Shown here one piece after another: positions 39,417 to 49,489 of a stretch of DNA of 64,000 nt. The notes beneath the pieces are model-generated. The model ran no database searches, was not told the origin of the DNA, and saw nothing but the letters and a program-made list of their open reading frames with translations. The stretch's first letter is position 1, and every line of letters begins with the position of its first letter. Made by a program: the position numbers and the translations under genes. Source of the stretch: Longimicrobiales bacterium (lineage in GTDB: Bacteria; Gemmatimonadota; Gemmatimonadetes; Longimicrobiales; Gaopeijiaceae); NCBI GenBank assembly GCA_965202805.1, contig OZ241869.1:288001-352000 (forward strand), read 5' to 3'.

Positions 39417-40828
39417 CCGACCCCGGAGAAGCAGGAACCGGCACTTCGGGTCACGGGCTCTGGGGGGGACGGTTCTCCGAGGAGATGGCGCCCGAGATGG
39501 CGTCCCTCAACCGCTCGCTGGACGTGGATTTCCGCTTCTGGCCCCAGGACGTGCGCGCCAGTCGGACCTGGGCGCGGGCGCTTCTGCGGGCGGGAGTTCT
39601 CACCCACGCGGAATGGCAGGACATCGATGGCGGCCTGAAGTCGGTGGCCTCCCGCCTCGAGGGGATGGATCCCGCCACGGTGGAGGACGAAGACATCCAC
39701 TCCCTGGTGGAGCGGCTGCTCGTCGAGGAGGTGGGCGAGGCGGGCGCGAAGCTGCACACGGGCCGTTCGCGCAACGATCAGGCGGCCACCGACGTGCGTT
39801 TGTGGGGCATGGACGCGGTGGCTTCTCTCGACGGCCGGGTAGTCCGGCTGGGCAGTGCCCTGGTCGAGCTCGCCGCCGGGTCGCGGGAGCTGGTGATGCC
39901 GGGGTACACCCACCTGCAGCGGGCGCAGCCGGTGCGCGCCGCCCACTGGGCGCTCTCGCACGTCTGGCCGCTGGTGCGCGACCGGGCCCGCCTGCGCTCG
40001 GCCGCCGAGGAGGCCGCCGTGCTGCCGCTGGGCGCGGGGGCCATCGGCGGGTGTCCGTTCGCTGTCGACCGCGCGGCGATGGCCCGCGAGCTGGGCTTCC
40101 ATGCCGTGACGCCCAACAGCATGGACGCGGTGGGCGACCGCGACTGGATCGCCTCCGTCCTCTTCGCGGGGGCGATGATCGGGGTGCACCTCTCGCGGCT
40201 GTGCGAGGATCTCGTGCTCTTCGCCTCCGAGGAGTTCGGGTTCCTGAGGCTCTCCGACGGCTACTGCACAGGCTCGAGCCTGATGCCGCAGAAGAAGAAC
40301 CCCGACGTGGCCGAACTCGCCCGCGGCAAGAGCGGACGCCTGGTGGGCAACCTGGTTTCCATGATGATCCAGCTGAAGGGCCTGCCGACCGGCTATAACC
40401 GCGATCTCCAGGACGACAAGGCCGCCCTCTACGACACGGTCGACACCCTGGAACTCACCCTGCCGGCGGTGGCGGGGGCGATCGGCGGGGCGGCCTTTCG
40501 GCCCGCGCGCATGCAGGCCGCGCTGGACCCCGGCCTCCTGGCGACCGACCTGGCCGACTACCTGGTCAGGAAGGGCGTGCCCTTCCGCACCAGCCACGAG
40601 GTGGTGGGGCGGGTGGTGCGCCGCGCCGAGGCGCTGGGCTGCTCGATCGCGGAGCTGTCCACCGACGTGCTCGCGGAGGAACACCCGGCTTTCGGTCCCG
40701 AAGTGACGGAAGTCTTCGACCCGGTCCGATCCGCGGATGCGCGCGTGGTAAGCGGAAGTACGGGGCGCGAGGCCGTGGCCGCGCAGCTGGAGCAGGCGCG
40801 GGAGGCGCTCCAGGCGGGGTTCTGGTAG
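39413..40828 (+). CDS. argH: Argininosuccinate lyase
   Basis: 'LWGGRF', 'LHTGRSRND', 'PGYTHLQRAQ', 'GSSLMPQKKNPD'. TTG start overlaps the argG stop. Confidence 0.96.
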
Positions 40829-40832
40829 AGGC

Positions 40833-41855
40833 CTAAAGCCGAGCCAGCGTCCGCCCCGCGGCCTCCGCAAACGGGACCAGCTGCCCCATCATCCGCTCGA
40901 ACTCGCCGAAGTCGAGCGACTGGTCGCCGTCCGACCACGCGGATTCGGGATCGGGGTGTACTTCCACCAGGAGACCGTCCGCGCCGGCCGCGATGGCCGC
41001 GAAGGCCAGCGCCGCCACCAGGTCGCGCCGCCCGCCCGCGTGGCTGGGGTCGGCGATCACCGGCAGGTGGGTCTCCTTCTTCAGGACCGGTATGGCGGCC
41101 AGGTCGAAGGTGTTGCGGGTGATCGTCTCGAAGGTGCGGATGCCGCGCTCGCAGAGGATGACCTGGCTGTTCCCCTGCTGCATGATGTACTCCGCCGACA
41201 TCAGCAGATCCTTGATCGTGGCGGACATGCCCCTCTTGAGCAGGACCGGCCTCTGCACCCGGCCGACCTCGGTCAGGAGGTTGAAGTTCTGCATGTTGCG
41301 GGTGCCGATCTGGAGGACGTCGGCGTACCCCGCCACCATCTCCACCTGCCGGGTGTCCATGACCTCGGTCACGACCGGCAGTCCGTGGGTCTCGCGCACG
41401 TTCACCAGCAACTCCAGCCCGGGCTCGCCCATCCCCTGGAAGGAATAGGGTGAGGAGCGGGGCTTGAAGGCGCCGCCGCGGATCCCGTGCGCGCCTGCGG
41501 ACCGGACCCTCGCGGCGGTCTCGTGCAGCATGCCGCCGCCCTCCACCGAACAGGGCCCGGCGACGACCACCACACCGCGTCCCCCGACCTCCACCCCGCC
41601 CAGGGGAATCGTCGTCGGATCCGCCGCGAATTCCCGCGAGGCCAGCTTGTAGGGCTTCATGACCGGGTGCGCGGCCACCACCCCCGGGATCGAGAGCAGG
41701 GGCACGTGCTGGAGCCGCCCCTCGTCGCCGATGCACCCCACGACGGTCAGCGTCTCGCCCCGCGACACGTGCGTGCGCAACCCGAGCGATTCCACGCGTT
41801 CGCGGATGTGGTCGAGTTCCTCCTCGGTGATGCCCTTGCGGGTAACGAGAATCAT
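40833..41855 (-). CDS. aroF: DAHP synthase type I-beta with N-terminal ferredoxin-like regulatory domain
   Basis: 'AGPCSVE', '[15 protein letters not shown]', 'RNMQNF', 'CERGIRTFE', 'DPSH'. Confidence 0.95.
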   Translation of the reverse strand: MILVTRKGITEEELDHIRERVESLGLRTHVSRGETLTVVGCIGDEGRLQHVPLLSIPGVVAAHPVMKPYKLASREFAADPTTIPLGGVEVGGRGVVVVAGPCSVEGGGMLHETAARVRSAGAHGIRGGAFKPRSSPYSFQGMGEPGLELLVNVRETHGLPVVTEVMDTRQVEMVAGYADVLQIGTRNMQNFNLLTEVGRVQRPVLLKRGMSATIKDLLMSAEYIMQQGNSQVILCERGIRTFETITRNTFDLAAIPVLKKETHLPVIADPSHAGGRRDLVAALAFAAIAAGADGLLVEVHPDPESAWSDGDQSLDFGEFERMMGQLVPFAEAAGRTLARL

Positions 41856-42033
41856 CTGCTTCTCCGATCTGAAGCCTGAGCGCGTGTCTGGGTGCCCGAG
41901 TGCCCCCGAACGAGGTTTCCGGGCGTCTGAATGCCTTTCCGCCTGTGTGCCGTCCGAATAGATTCCGGGCGCGTTCGGCGGCCCCCAATATAGCCAACCC
42001 GCCCGTCACGACAGCCCCTTTCACAACGATTCC

Positions 42034-42933
42034 ATGACGACGACCCGACCCTCGCTCGACGACCTCGACATCGACCTCGGCAAGCGCGCCCGCCTCCACC
42101 GGATCCTCTACCGCCACGGCCTCGGGAACGGCACCATGCTCGCCCTGCCCATCGACCAGGGGCTCGAGCACGGACCGGTCGACTTCTTTCCCAACCCGCC
42201 ATCGCAGGACCCCGGATTTCAGTGGCGGCTGGCGGTGGAGGGCGGCTTCAACGCCATCGCGTGCCACTACGGGCTCGCCCGAAAGTACATGCCGAAGTAT
42301 GCCGGCCAGGTGCCGCTCATCCTGAAGCTGAACGGCAAGACCAACATCCCGCCGGCGGACAGGGCGCTTTCGCCGCTGACCTCCACCGTCGAGGACGCGG
42401 TGCGCATCGGGGCCGACGCGGTCGGCTACACGCTCTACGTGGGCACGCCGCGGCAGGACGACGACTTCGCCCAGTTGCGCCGGGTGCGCCAGGACTCCGA
42501 GCGCTTCGGCATGCCGCTGGTTGTGTGGTCGTATCCGCGCGGCGAGGCCATCGACGCGAAGGGAGGCGCGAGCTCGCTCTACGCGGTCGACTACGCGGCG
42601 CGCACGGCCCTCGAGCTGGGCGCCGACATCGCCAAGCTGGTGATCCCGCCCGCGATCGGCCCCAACCCCGAGCAGCCGGGCGAGTATGCCGAGATCGTCC
42701 ACACCTACGCGGAGGGGGCGCGGCGGGTCTTCCGCTCGGCGGGCCGCACCATGGTGCTGGTGAGCGGCGGCAGCAAGCTCTCCGACGACGACATGCTGGA
42801 CAAGGTGAGGATCTCGATGGAGTCCGGGGCCACCGGGCTCATCTTCGGGCGCAACATGTGGCAGCGCCCCTTCGAGGAGGCGCTCGACATCGTGCGCCAG
42901 GTGAAGGAGATCCTGAGCCGGTTCCCGTCCTGA
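42034..42933 (+). CDS. fbaB: Class I fructose-bisphosphate aldolase (DhnA/FbaB type)
   Basis: 'LPIDQGLEHGP', 'VVWSYPRG', 'ELGADIAK', 'FGRNMWQ'. Confidence 0.9.
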   Translation: MTTTRPSLDDLDIDLGKRARLHRILYRHGLGNGTMLALPIDQGLEHGPVDFFPNPPSQDPGFQWRLAVEGGFNAIACHYGLARKYMPKYAGQVPLILKLNGKTNIPPADRALSPLTSTVEDAVRIGADAVGYTLYVGTPRQDDDFAQLRRVRQDSERFGMPLVVWSYPRGEAIDAKGGASSLYAVDYAARTALELGADIAKLVIPPAIGPNPEQPGEYAEIVHTYAEGARRVFRSAGRTMVLVSGGSKLSDDDMLDKVRISMESGATGLIFGRNMWQRPFEEALDIVRQVKEILSRFPS

Positions 42934-42957
42934 CGCACCAGGTCAGGCATCCGGAAC

Positions 42958-43665
42958 ATGCCCGCCGAGATCGACGCCCTGAAGCGGGCCGCCGCCGCCC
43001 GGGCGCTCGAGAGCGTCCGCGACGGGATGGTGCTGGGGCTTGGAACGGGCAGCACCATCCGCTTCTTCCTCGACCTTCTCGGGGAGCGCGTGCGCGCGGG
43101 AGAGGTGAAGGGCGTCGTGGGAGTGCCGACTTCCCGGCGTACGGCGGAGATCGCGCGCGGGCTGGGGATCCGGGTCTCGCGTCTGCGTTCGCAGCCGCGC
43201 CTGGACCTGACCGTCGACGGCGCGGACGAGGTCGATCCGCGGGGCGACCTGATCAAGGGGCTGGGGGGCGCGCTGCTGCGTGAGAAGATCGTGGCGCAGG
43301 CGTCCGACCGGTTCATCGTGATCGTGGATGAGAGCAAGGTCGTCGAGCGCCTGGGCACGCGCAGCCCGCTGCCGGTGGAAGTGACGCGCTTCGGCTCGTC
43401 GCGGCACCAGGCCTTCGTGGCGGCGCTCGGGGCGGAGGTCACGCTGCGCCGCACCGCCGACGGGAGCCGTTACGTTACGTCCAACGGCAACTACATTCTC
43501 GACGCTCGCTTTCCGGAGGGCATCGCTGATCCGGTGGCGCTGGACGGGGCCCTGCGCGCGCGGGCTGGCATCGTCGAGCACGGAATGTTCCTGGGGATGA
43601 CCACCGGGGCCCTGGTCGCGGCGTCCGGCGGCGTGCGCGCGATCGAGCCGGGCGGGACTGCCTGA
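42958..43665 (+). CDS. rpiA: Ribose-5-phosphate isomerase A
   Basis: 'GLGTGST', 'DGADEVD', '[11 protein letters not shown]'. Confidence 0.96.
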   Translation: MPAEIDALKRAAAARALESVRDGMVLGLGTGSTIRFFLDLLGERVRAGEVKGVVGVPTSRRTAEIARGLGIRVSRLRSQPRLDLTVDGADEVDPRGDLIKGLGGALLREKIVAQASDRFIVIVDESKVVERLGTRSPLPVEVTRFGSSRHQAFVAALGAEVTLRRTADGSRYVTSNGNYILDARFPEGIADPVALDGALRARAGIVEHGMFLGMTTGALVAASGGVRAIEPGGTA

Positions 43666-43688
43666 TACACGCGGAGGAGGTAGCCGGC

Positions 43689-44363
43689 ATGGAGGTTCGC
43701 ATCGCCCCGTCCATTCTCGCGTCCGACTTCGGGCGGCTGGCCGATCAGGTGGCGGAGGCGGAGGAGGCCGGAGTCGACTGGATCCACGTCGATGTGATGG
43801 ACGGCCATTTCGTCCCCAACATCACCATCGGCCCGGCGATCACGGAGGCGGTGCGGCGGGCGACGCGGCTGCCGGTGGACGTGCACCTGATGATCGAGGC
43901 GCCCGACCGCTACATCCAGGCCTTCGCCGACGCCGGGGCGGACTATCTCACGGTGCACCAGGAGACCTGTCCGCATCTGCACCGGACGATCCAGCGCATC
44001 CGGGCCGCGGGGGTGCGTCCCGGGGTCGCCGTCAATCCCGCCACCCCGGTGGAGTCGGTCGCGGCCATCCTTCCCGACATCGACCTGCTGCTGGTGATGT
44101 CCGTGAACCCCGGGTTCGGGGGACAGGCCTTCATCCCGTCGGCGCTCGGCAGGCTGGCCCGGGCGCGCGAGCTGCTGGACGCCTCCGGGGGCGAGGACAC
44201 GGCGCTCGAAGTGGACGGCGGAATCGACGCGACCACGGCCCCGGGGGTCGCCGGCGCCGGGGCGGACGTGCTGGTCGCCGGCTCGGCCATCTACGGGCAT
44301 CCCCGGGGGGTGGCCGCCGGGGTCTCCGCGATCCGCGACGCGGTGGAAACCGGGGGCGGCTGA
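43689..44363 (+). CDS. rpe: Ribulose-phosphate 3-epimerase
   Basis: 'IAPSIL', 'HVDVMDGHFVPN', 'MSVNPGFGGQ', 'VDGGI'. Confidence 0.97.
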   Translation: MEVRIAPSILASDFGRLADQVAEAEEAGVDWIHVDVMDGHFVPNITIGPAITEAVRRATRLPVDVHLMIEAPDRYIQAFADAGADYLTVHQETCPHLHRTIQRIRAAGVRPGVAVNPATPVESVAAILPDIDLLLVMSVNPGFGGQAFIPSALGRLARARELLDASGGEDTALEVDGGIDATTAPGVAGAGADVLVAGSAIYGHPRGVAAGVSAIRDAVETGGG

Positions 44364-44379
44364 TGCCGTAGCCACAGTC

Positions 44380-45759
44380 ATGGCCATCTTCCGGCGTACG
44401 CACAGTTTTCCGTATCCGCCCGCGGAGGTGTTCGCGTGGCACATGCGCCCGGGTGCCCTGGAGCGGCTGCTTCCTCCGTGGGAGAACGTGCGCGTGGCGG
44501 CGCGCGAGGGCGGTATCGCCGATGGCGGAACGGTTACGGTGCGGGCGGGACCCGGGCCGCTGAAGGTCGCATGGACGGTCCGCCATACGGCCTGCGAGGA
44601 GGGCGTTCTCTTCCGGGACGAGCAGGTGCGCGGCCCCTTCGAGCACTGGGTGCACACGCATCGCTTCTCATCGGACGGAGAGGGCGGTTGCCTGCTGGAG
44701 GACGAGATCGACTGGGGCCCGCCGCTGGGCGTGGACGCGGCGCCCTTCGTGCGCAGGATCGAGCACATCCTCGATCGCGGCTTTGCCTTCCGGCACCAAC
44801 GGCTGGCCAACGACTTCGCCCTGCACCAGCGCTATCGGCAGCAGCGGCCGCTCACGGTGGCCATCAGCGGAAGCTCGGGCTTTCTGGGGCGCAACCTGCG
44901 GCACTTCCTCACCACCGGCGGGCATCGCGTGCTGCGCCTTGTGCGCTCCCGGAAGAAGGCGGGCGAAGGCGCCGTCTACTGGAATCCCGCGCAAGGGCAG
45001 GTGGATCACGACGGACTCCGGGGCGTGGACGCGATCGTGCACCTGGCGGGCGAGCCCCTGGTCGGCGTGCGCTGGACCGCGGCGAAGAAGCAGGAGATCC
45101 TTCGGTCGCGCACGAGCGGAACCGACTGGATCGCCCATACCGCGGCCCGTCTTTCGCCGCCTCCGCGAGTGCTCGTGTGCGCATCCGCGGTAGGATACTA
45201 CGGCAATCGCGGCGACGAGAAGCTGACCGAGGAAAGCCGGCCGGGCCGGGGCTTTCTGGCCGAAGTGTGCAAGGAGTGGGAGCTGGCCGCGGCGCCCGCG
45301 CGCCGGGCGGGAATCCGGGTCGTGCATCTGCGTCAGGGGGTGGCGCTGTCGCCGGACGGCGGCGCGCTCCAGCTGATGCTGCCCGCCTTTCGGGCCGGGG
45401 CGGGAGGACGGTTGGGCAGCGGGCGGCAGTACCTACCGTGGATCGGCCTGGACGACACGCTGGGGCTCATCCTGCACGCGATCGCCACCCCGCAGGTCAG
45501 CGGACCGATCAACGTCACGGCTCCATTGCCCGTCACCAACGCCACCTTCGCCAGCGCGCTGGGCCGGGTGTTGCGGCGGCCGACGCTCCTGCCGGTGCCG
45601 TCGCTGGCGGTGTACGCGCTGATGGGCGAGATGGGGCGGACCGTGCTCCTGAGCGGGCAGCGCGCCCTGCCGGCGGAGGCAGAGCGCACGGGATACGAGT
45701 TCCTGCACCCGTCCATCGAGGAGGCGCTGCGGTTCGGTCTGGGGCTGACGCGGAGGTAG
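44380..45759 (+). CDS. SRPBCC domain + TIGR01777 (YfcH-like) NAD-dependent epimerase
   Basis: N-terminal SRPBCC 'FRDEQVRGPFEHWVHTHRF', then 'SGSSGFLG', 'ASAVGYYG', 'LGSGRQYLPWI'. Confidence 0.9.
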   Translation: MAIFRRTHSFPYPPAEVFAWHMRPGALERLLPPWENVRVAAREGGIADGGTVTVRAGPGPLKVAWTVRHTACEEGVLFRDEQVRGPFEHWVHTHRFSSDGEGGCLLEDEIDWGPPLGVDAAPFVRRIEHILDRGFAFRHQRLANDFALHQRYRQQRPLTVAISGSSGFLGRNLRHFLTTGGHRVLRLVRSRKKAGEGAVYWNPAQGQVDHDGLRGVDAIVHLAGEPLVGVRWTAAKKQEILRSRTSGTDWIAHTAARLSPPPRVLVCASAVGYYGNRGDEKLTEESRPGRGFLAEVCKEWELAAAPARRAGIRVVHLRQGVALSPDGGALQLMLPAFRAGAGGRLGSGRQYLPWIGLDDTLGLILHAIATPQVSGPINVTAPLPVTNATFASALGRVLRRPTLLPVPSLAVYALMGEMGRTVLLSGQRALPAEAERTGYEFLHPSIEEALRFGLGLTRR

Positions 45760-45863
45760 ATCGCGCTGGTCGGGGCGCAATGCGCCAGGCGGCGTCAGTT
45801 CTGGCGGTCGCGGCGATTCGTTGGTTATCGTCCTTCTGCGGATTCCTCGAGCTGGAGCGTGCC

Positions 45864-47918
45864 ATGCAGCGGCTGACCGTCCTCGCGTCTCTGACCCTCC
45901 TGTCGATCTCCGTGGTCGCGCCCGGCCGCGCGCATGCACAGGCCGCTGCCGGGAGCGTCGTCCGGCTCGAGGCGGTACCCCCGTCCGTCGTCGTGATGAC
46001 GGGCGAGGAAGTCCCGTTCGAAGTGCGCGCGCTCGACGCCCGGGGGCGCGTGGTGGCGGACGCCCAGGTGCGGACGGCGGCTCCGCGGGCGGCGGCGACC
46101 GTGCGGGGAGGCACGGTCCGCGGGCGGACTGCGGGCGAGTACGAGATCGTGGTGACGCTGCTGGCCCCGCCCGGATACGAGGGAACGCCGCCCGGCCTGC
46201 GCGTGCCGCTCACGGTGCTGGCCCCCGAGGTCGCGACGGTGGAGGTCACGGCCGAAACCGGTCGCCTCTACCAGGGAACCACCCTCCGCCACACCGCCAC
46301 CGCGCACCACGCGGACGGATCGGTGCGGCCGGGCCCGGTGGTGTCGTGGTCGAGCTCCGATCCGTCCGTTGCCACCGTCGACCGCTTCGGCTACGTGACC
46401 GCCACCGGCACGGGTGCGGTCACCATCCGGGCCGACGTTGAGGGGGTGGTCGGGGCGGCCGCCTACGACGTGGCCGCGTTCCCGGCGGCCTCGCTGGAGA
46501 TCACCGGGCTGGCCGACGAGGTGCGCACCGGTGACGTGCAGCACCTCAGCGCGGTGGCGCGCGACGCGTCCGGCGAGGTGGTCGCCGACGTTCCGGTGAC
46601 CTGGACCCACACGGCCGTCCCCGACGCGGACATGATCGCGCCCAGCGCGCCCGGGCAGATCGCGCGCGGGCGCTTCGTCGCGGACGTGCCCGGCGTGTAC
46701 ACGATCGTCGCCAACGCAGGCCCGCTGGCGGCGCGCGCGACCCTCCAGGCCCTTCCCCGCGACGTCGTGCGCGAGATGACCATGGTGGGGAAGGGGAGCA
46801 CGGCCACGGTGCGCACGACCGACTTCTGGGTGTTCGAGGGGCTGGACGGCCGCGACTACGCCCTCACGGGCGCCAAGATGTCGGACGGGTACGCCTACGC
46901 CTGGGACATCACCAACCCGGCCGCCATCTTCAAGACCGACTCGCTGCAGGTGGACGCACGCGCGGTGAACGACGTGAAGGTCTCTCCGGACGCCCGCTAC
47001 GCCACCCTCACCCGCGAGGGCGCCTCCAACCGCCGCAACGGGGTCGTCATCCTCGACCTGGCGGACCCGGCCCATCCGGTGATCGCCTCCGAGGTGGTCG
47101 AAGGGCTCACCGGCGGCGTCCACAACGCCTTCCCGGACGAGGACTACGCCTATGTGCTCTCCGCCGGCGACAAGTACGTCATCATCGACATGGCCGACAT
47201 CTACAACCCGCGCGTTGTGGGCGAGTACAATCATCCCGACAGCCGCCTGCACGACGTCTGGGTCCACGACGGCATCGCCTACTCGGCCGAGTGGGAGAAG
47301 GGCATGGTGGCGGTGGACGTCGGCAACGGCCGCTGGGGCGGCACTCCGGAGAATCCGGTACTGATCGCCGAGCTCGCGGTGCCGACCGGCACCACGCACG
47401 CCATCTTCCCCTACCGGTCGCAGTCCACGGACCGGTTCTACGTCTTCCTGGGCGACGAGAACATGCAGAGGAGGGGGCTGGCCAACGAGGGACCGCGCGC
47501 GGGCGGCACGTACCAGCTTCCGTACGACCCGGAGACCGGGATGAACGGGGTGCCGCTGGCGACCCAGGGCTACATCCAGGTGGTCGATTTCACCGATCCC
47601 GACAACCCCGAGATGGTCGCCCGCTACGAGGTCACCGAGTACGGCACCCACAACATCTGGGTCGAGGACGACATCCTCTATCAGGCGTATTATGAGGGCG
47701 GGCTGCGCATCGTCGATGTTTCCGGCGAGCTGATGGGCAACCTGTACACGCAGGGCCGCGAGATCTCCGTCCACAAGTCCACCGACGTGAACGGATGGGT
47801 GCCCAACTCGACCATGGTGTGGAGCGCGATGCCCTTCAAGGGACACGTCTTCTTCTCCGACACCAACTCCGGGCTCTGGTCGGTGAAGGTGGAGCCGCCC
47901 CAGCGGCCGGTGTCGTAG
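45864..47918 (+). CDS. Secreted Ig-like (Big_2) + LVIVD-repeat beta-propeller protein
   Basis: Signal peptide, 'WSSSDPSVATVD..G.VTA' Ig motif, LVIVD-type blades ('GVVILDLADP', 'GGLRIVDVS'), His motifs GVHN, LHD, TTH, GTHN. Confidence 0.82.
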   Translation: MQRLTVLASLTLLSISVVAPGRAHAQAAAGSVVRLEAVPPSVVVMTGEEVPFEVRALDARGRVVADAQVRTAAPRAAATVRGGTVRGRTAGEYEIVVTLLAPPGYEGTPPGLRVPLTVLAPEVATVEVTAETGRLYQGTTLRHTATAHHADGSVRPGPVVSWSSSDPSVATVDRFGYVTATGTGAVTIRADVEGVVGAAAYDVAAFPAASLEITGLADEVRTGDVQHLSAVARDASGEVVADVPVTWTHTAVPDADMIAPSAPGQIARGRFVADVPGVYTIVANAGPLAARATLQALPRDVVREMTMVGKGSTATVRTTDFWVFEGLDGRDYALTGAKMSDGYAYAWDITNPAAIFKTDSLQVDARAVNDVKVSPDARYATLTREGASNRRNGVVILDLADPAHPVIASEVVEGLTGGVHNAFPDEDYAYVLSAGDKYVIIDMADIYNPRVVGEYNHPDSRLHDVWVHDGIAYSAEWEKGMVAVDVGNGRWGGTPENPVLIAELAVPTGTTHAIFPYRSQSTDRFYVFLGDENMQRRGLANEGPRAGGTYQLPYDPETGMNGVPLATQGYIQVVDFTDPDNPEMVARYEVTEYGTHNIWVEDDILYQAYYEGGLRIVDVSGELMGNLYTQGREISVHKSTDVNGWVPNSTMVWSAMPFKGHVFFSDTNSGLWSVKVEPPQRPVS

Positions 47919-47926
47919 GAGACGAC

Positions 47927-49489
47927 ATCCTCGACGCCGTCATCATCGGCGGGGGGCCCGCCGGTTCGGCGGCAGCCCGCCTGCTCGCGCTCCGGGGGCA
48001 CTCCGCCGTTCTTCTGACGCGTCCCCCGACCGGCCATCCCGCGCTCGCCGAGTCCGTCCCGCCCAGCACGCGCAAGCTCTTCACCCTGCTGGGGGTGGCG
48101 CCCGGGATCGACGACGCGGGCTTCTTCCCGGCGCGGGGCAATCTGGTCCGGTGGGGCGACGGCCCGCTCCGGCGCGCCGACTTCCCGCCCGGGGCCGCCG
48201 GTCATCACGTGGTCCGCGACGTCTTCGACGCGCTGCTTCTGGATTTCGCCGAAGAGGCCGGAGCCGACGTGCGGCGCAATGCCACTGTGCGGCGCGTAAT
48301 CCTCGAGGGAGCGGATTCTGATCGGGAGGGGGAGCAGCTTCAGCGCGTCGAATACGAGAACGACCGCGGAATCGCGAGCGCCCTTCACGCCCGCCTGGTG
48401 CTCGACTGCTCCGGCCGCTCGGGCGTGATCGCCAACCCTGATCTGCGCGTCCACGACCAGACCAACGCCACCGTCGCACTGGCGGGGGTGTGGCGAGCGA
48501 ACGCCGGCGAATCCCCCGCCGAGCCGTACACCCTGGTGGAGAGCTACCGCGACGGCTGGGCCTGGTCGATGCCGGTATCGGACACCCGCCGCTACCTGAC
48601 CATGATGATCGACCCCCGCAGGACCGGGCTGCTGAAGGGGCGGGGCCGGCGCAGTCTCTACCTGGCCGAAGTGGAGAAGACCCGGGAGGCGCGCCGCCTG
48701 GTGGCTGCCGCCCGCCTGGTGAGTGACATCAGCGGCCACACCGCCTCGCAGTATGCCGCCACCCGGTTCGCCGGCGACGGATTTCTGCTGGTCGGAGACG
48801 CGGCCAGCTTCGTCGATCCACTTGCCTCCGTGGGGGTCAAGAAGGCGCTCGCCTCCGCCTGGCTTGCGTCGGTGGTGGTCCACACCTGCATCTCAACGCC
48901 CGACATGCGGGATGTGGCGCTCGAGTTCTTCGAGAGCCGCGAGCGGGCAACCTGGCTCGCCCATCGGCGCCATACCGCGCAGTTCTACCAGGAGGCGGCC
49001 AGCGCCCACGGCCACGGCTTCTGGAGCGCCCGCGCGATGGCCGCGGATGACACTTCCGGGGCTGCCGCAACACCCGCCCTGGACCCTGCCGCCGAAGTGC
49101 ACATCCCGGTCCCGACCGAGCCCGACATCGCCGCCCTCCGTCAGGATCCGGATGTCCTGCGGGCCTTCAGCGATCTTCGAGCGGCCCCCTCGATCCGGCT
49201 CCGTCCCGCGCCCGGCCTGCGCCGCCTGCAGCTGCCCGCGGTGCGCGGCCGCCGAATCGTCCTGGACGAACACCTCGCCTCGCCCGCGCTTCCCGAGGGC
49301 GTGCGCTTCCTGCGCGATGTCGATCTCCCTCCCCTCCTCGAAATGGCAGGGGAGCACCACCAGGTCCCCGATCTCTACGAGGCCTATCTGGATCGCGTTG
49401 CCGCCGTGTCGCTGCCCGACTTCCTGGGTGCACTCTCCGTCCTCCTCGGCAAGGGGATGCTGAAGAACGATGATGATTCCAGCGCGTAA
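47927..49489 (+). CDS. qhpG: FAD-dependent monooxygenase, QhpG-like (Trp hydroxylase for CTQ biogenesis)
   Basis: GGGPAG, 'ESVPP', 'DCSGRS', 'GWAW', 'VGDAASFVDPL', helical C-terminal domain. Lies ~2 kb upstream of qhpA. Start unclear: ATC 47927 after AGGAG, or GTG 47795 with a long overlap. Confidence 0.7.
   Translation: MLDAVIIGGGPAGSAAARLLALRGHSAVLLTRPPTGHPALAESVPPSTRKLFTLLGVAPGIDDAGFFPARGNLVRWGDGPLRRADFPPGAAGHHVVRDVFDALLLDFAEEAGADVRRNATVRRVILEGADSDREGEQLQRVEYENDRGIASALHARLVLDCSGRSGVIANPDLRVHDQTNATVALAGVWRANAGESPAEPYTLVESYRDGWAWSMPVSDTRRYLTMMIDPRRTGLLKGRGRRSLYLAEVEKTREARRLVAAARLVSDISGHTASQYAATRFAGDGFLLVGDAASFVDPLASVGVKKALASAWLASVVVHTCISTPDMRDVALEFFESRERATWLAHRRHTAQFYQEAASAHGHGFWSARAMAADDTSGAAATPALDPAAEVHIPVPTEPDIAALRQDPDVLRAFSDLRAAPSIRLRPAPGLRRLQLPAVRGRRIVLDEHLASPALPEGVRFLRDVDLPPLLEMAGEHHQVPDLYEAYLDRVAAVSLPDFLGALSVLLGKGMLKNDDDSSA

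Noticed and set aside
44436..45863. 1160-aa ORF as one giant protein
   Set aside because: The first ~476 codons overlap the TIGR01777 gene out of frame. A signal peptide begins at ATG 45864.
47927..49489. Flavin-dependent halogenase
   Set aside because: It has GWAWSMP, which only partly resembles the WxWxIP motif. Proximity to the qhp operon favours QhpG. Not fully excluded without phylogeny.
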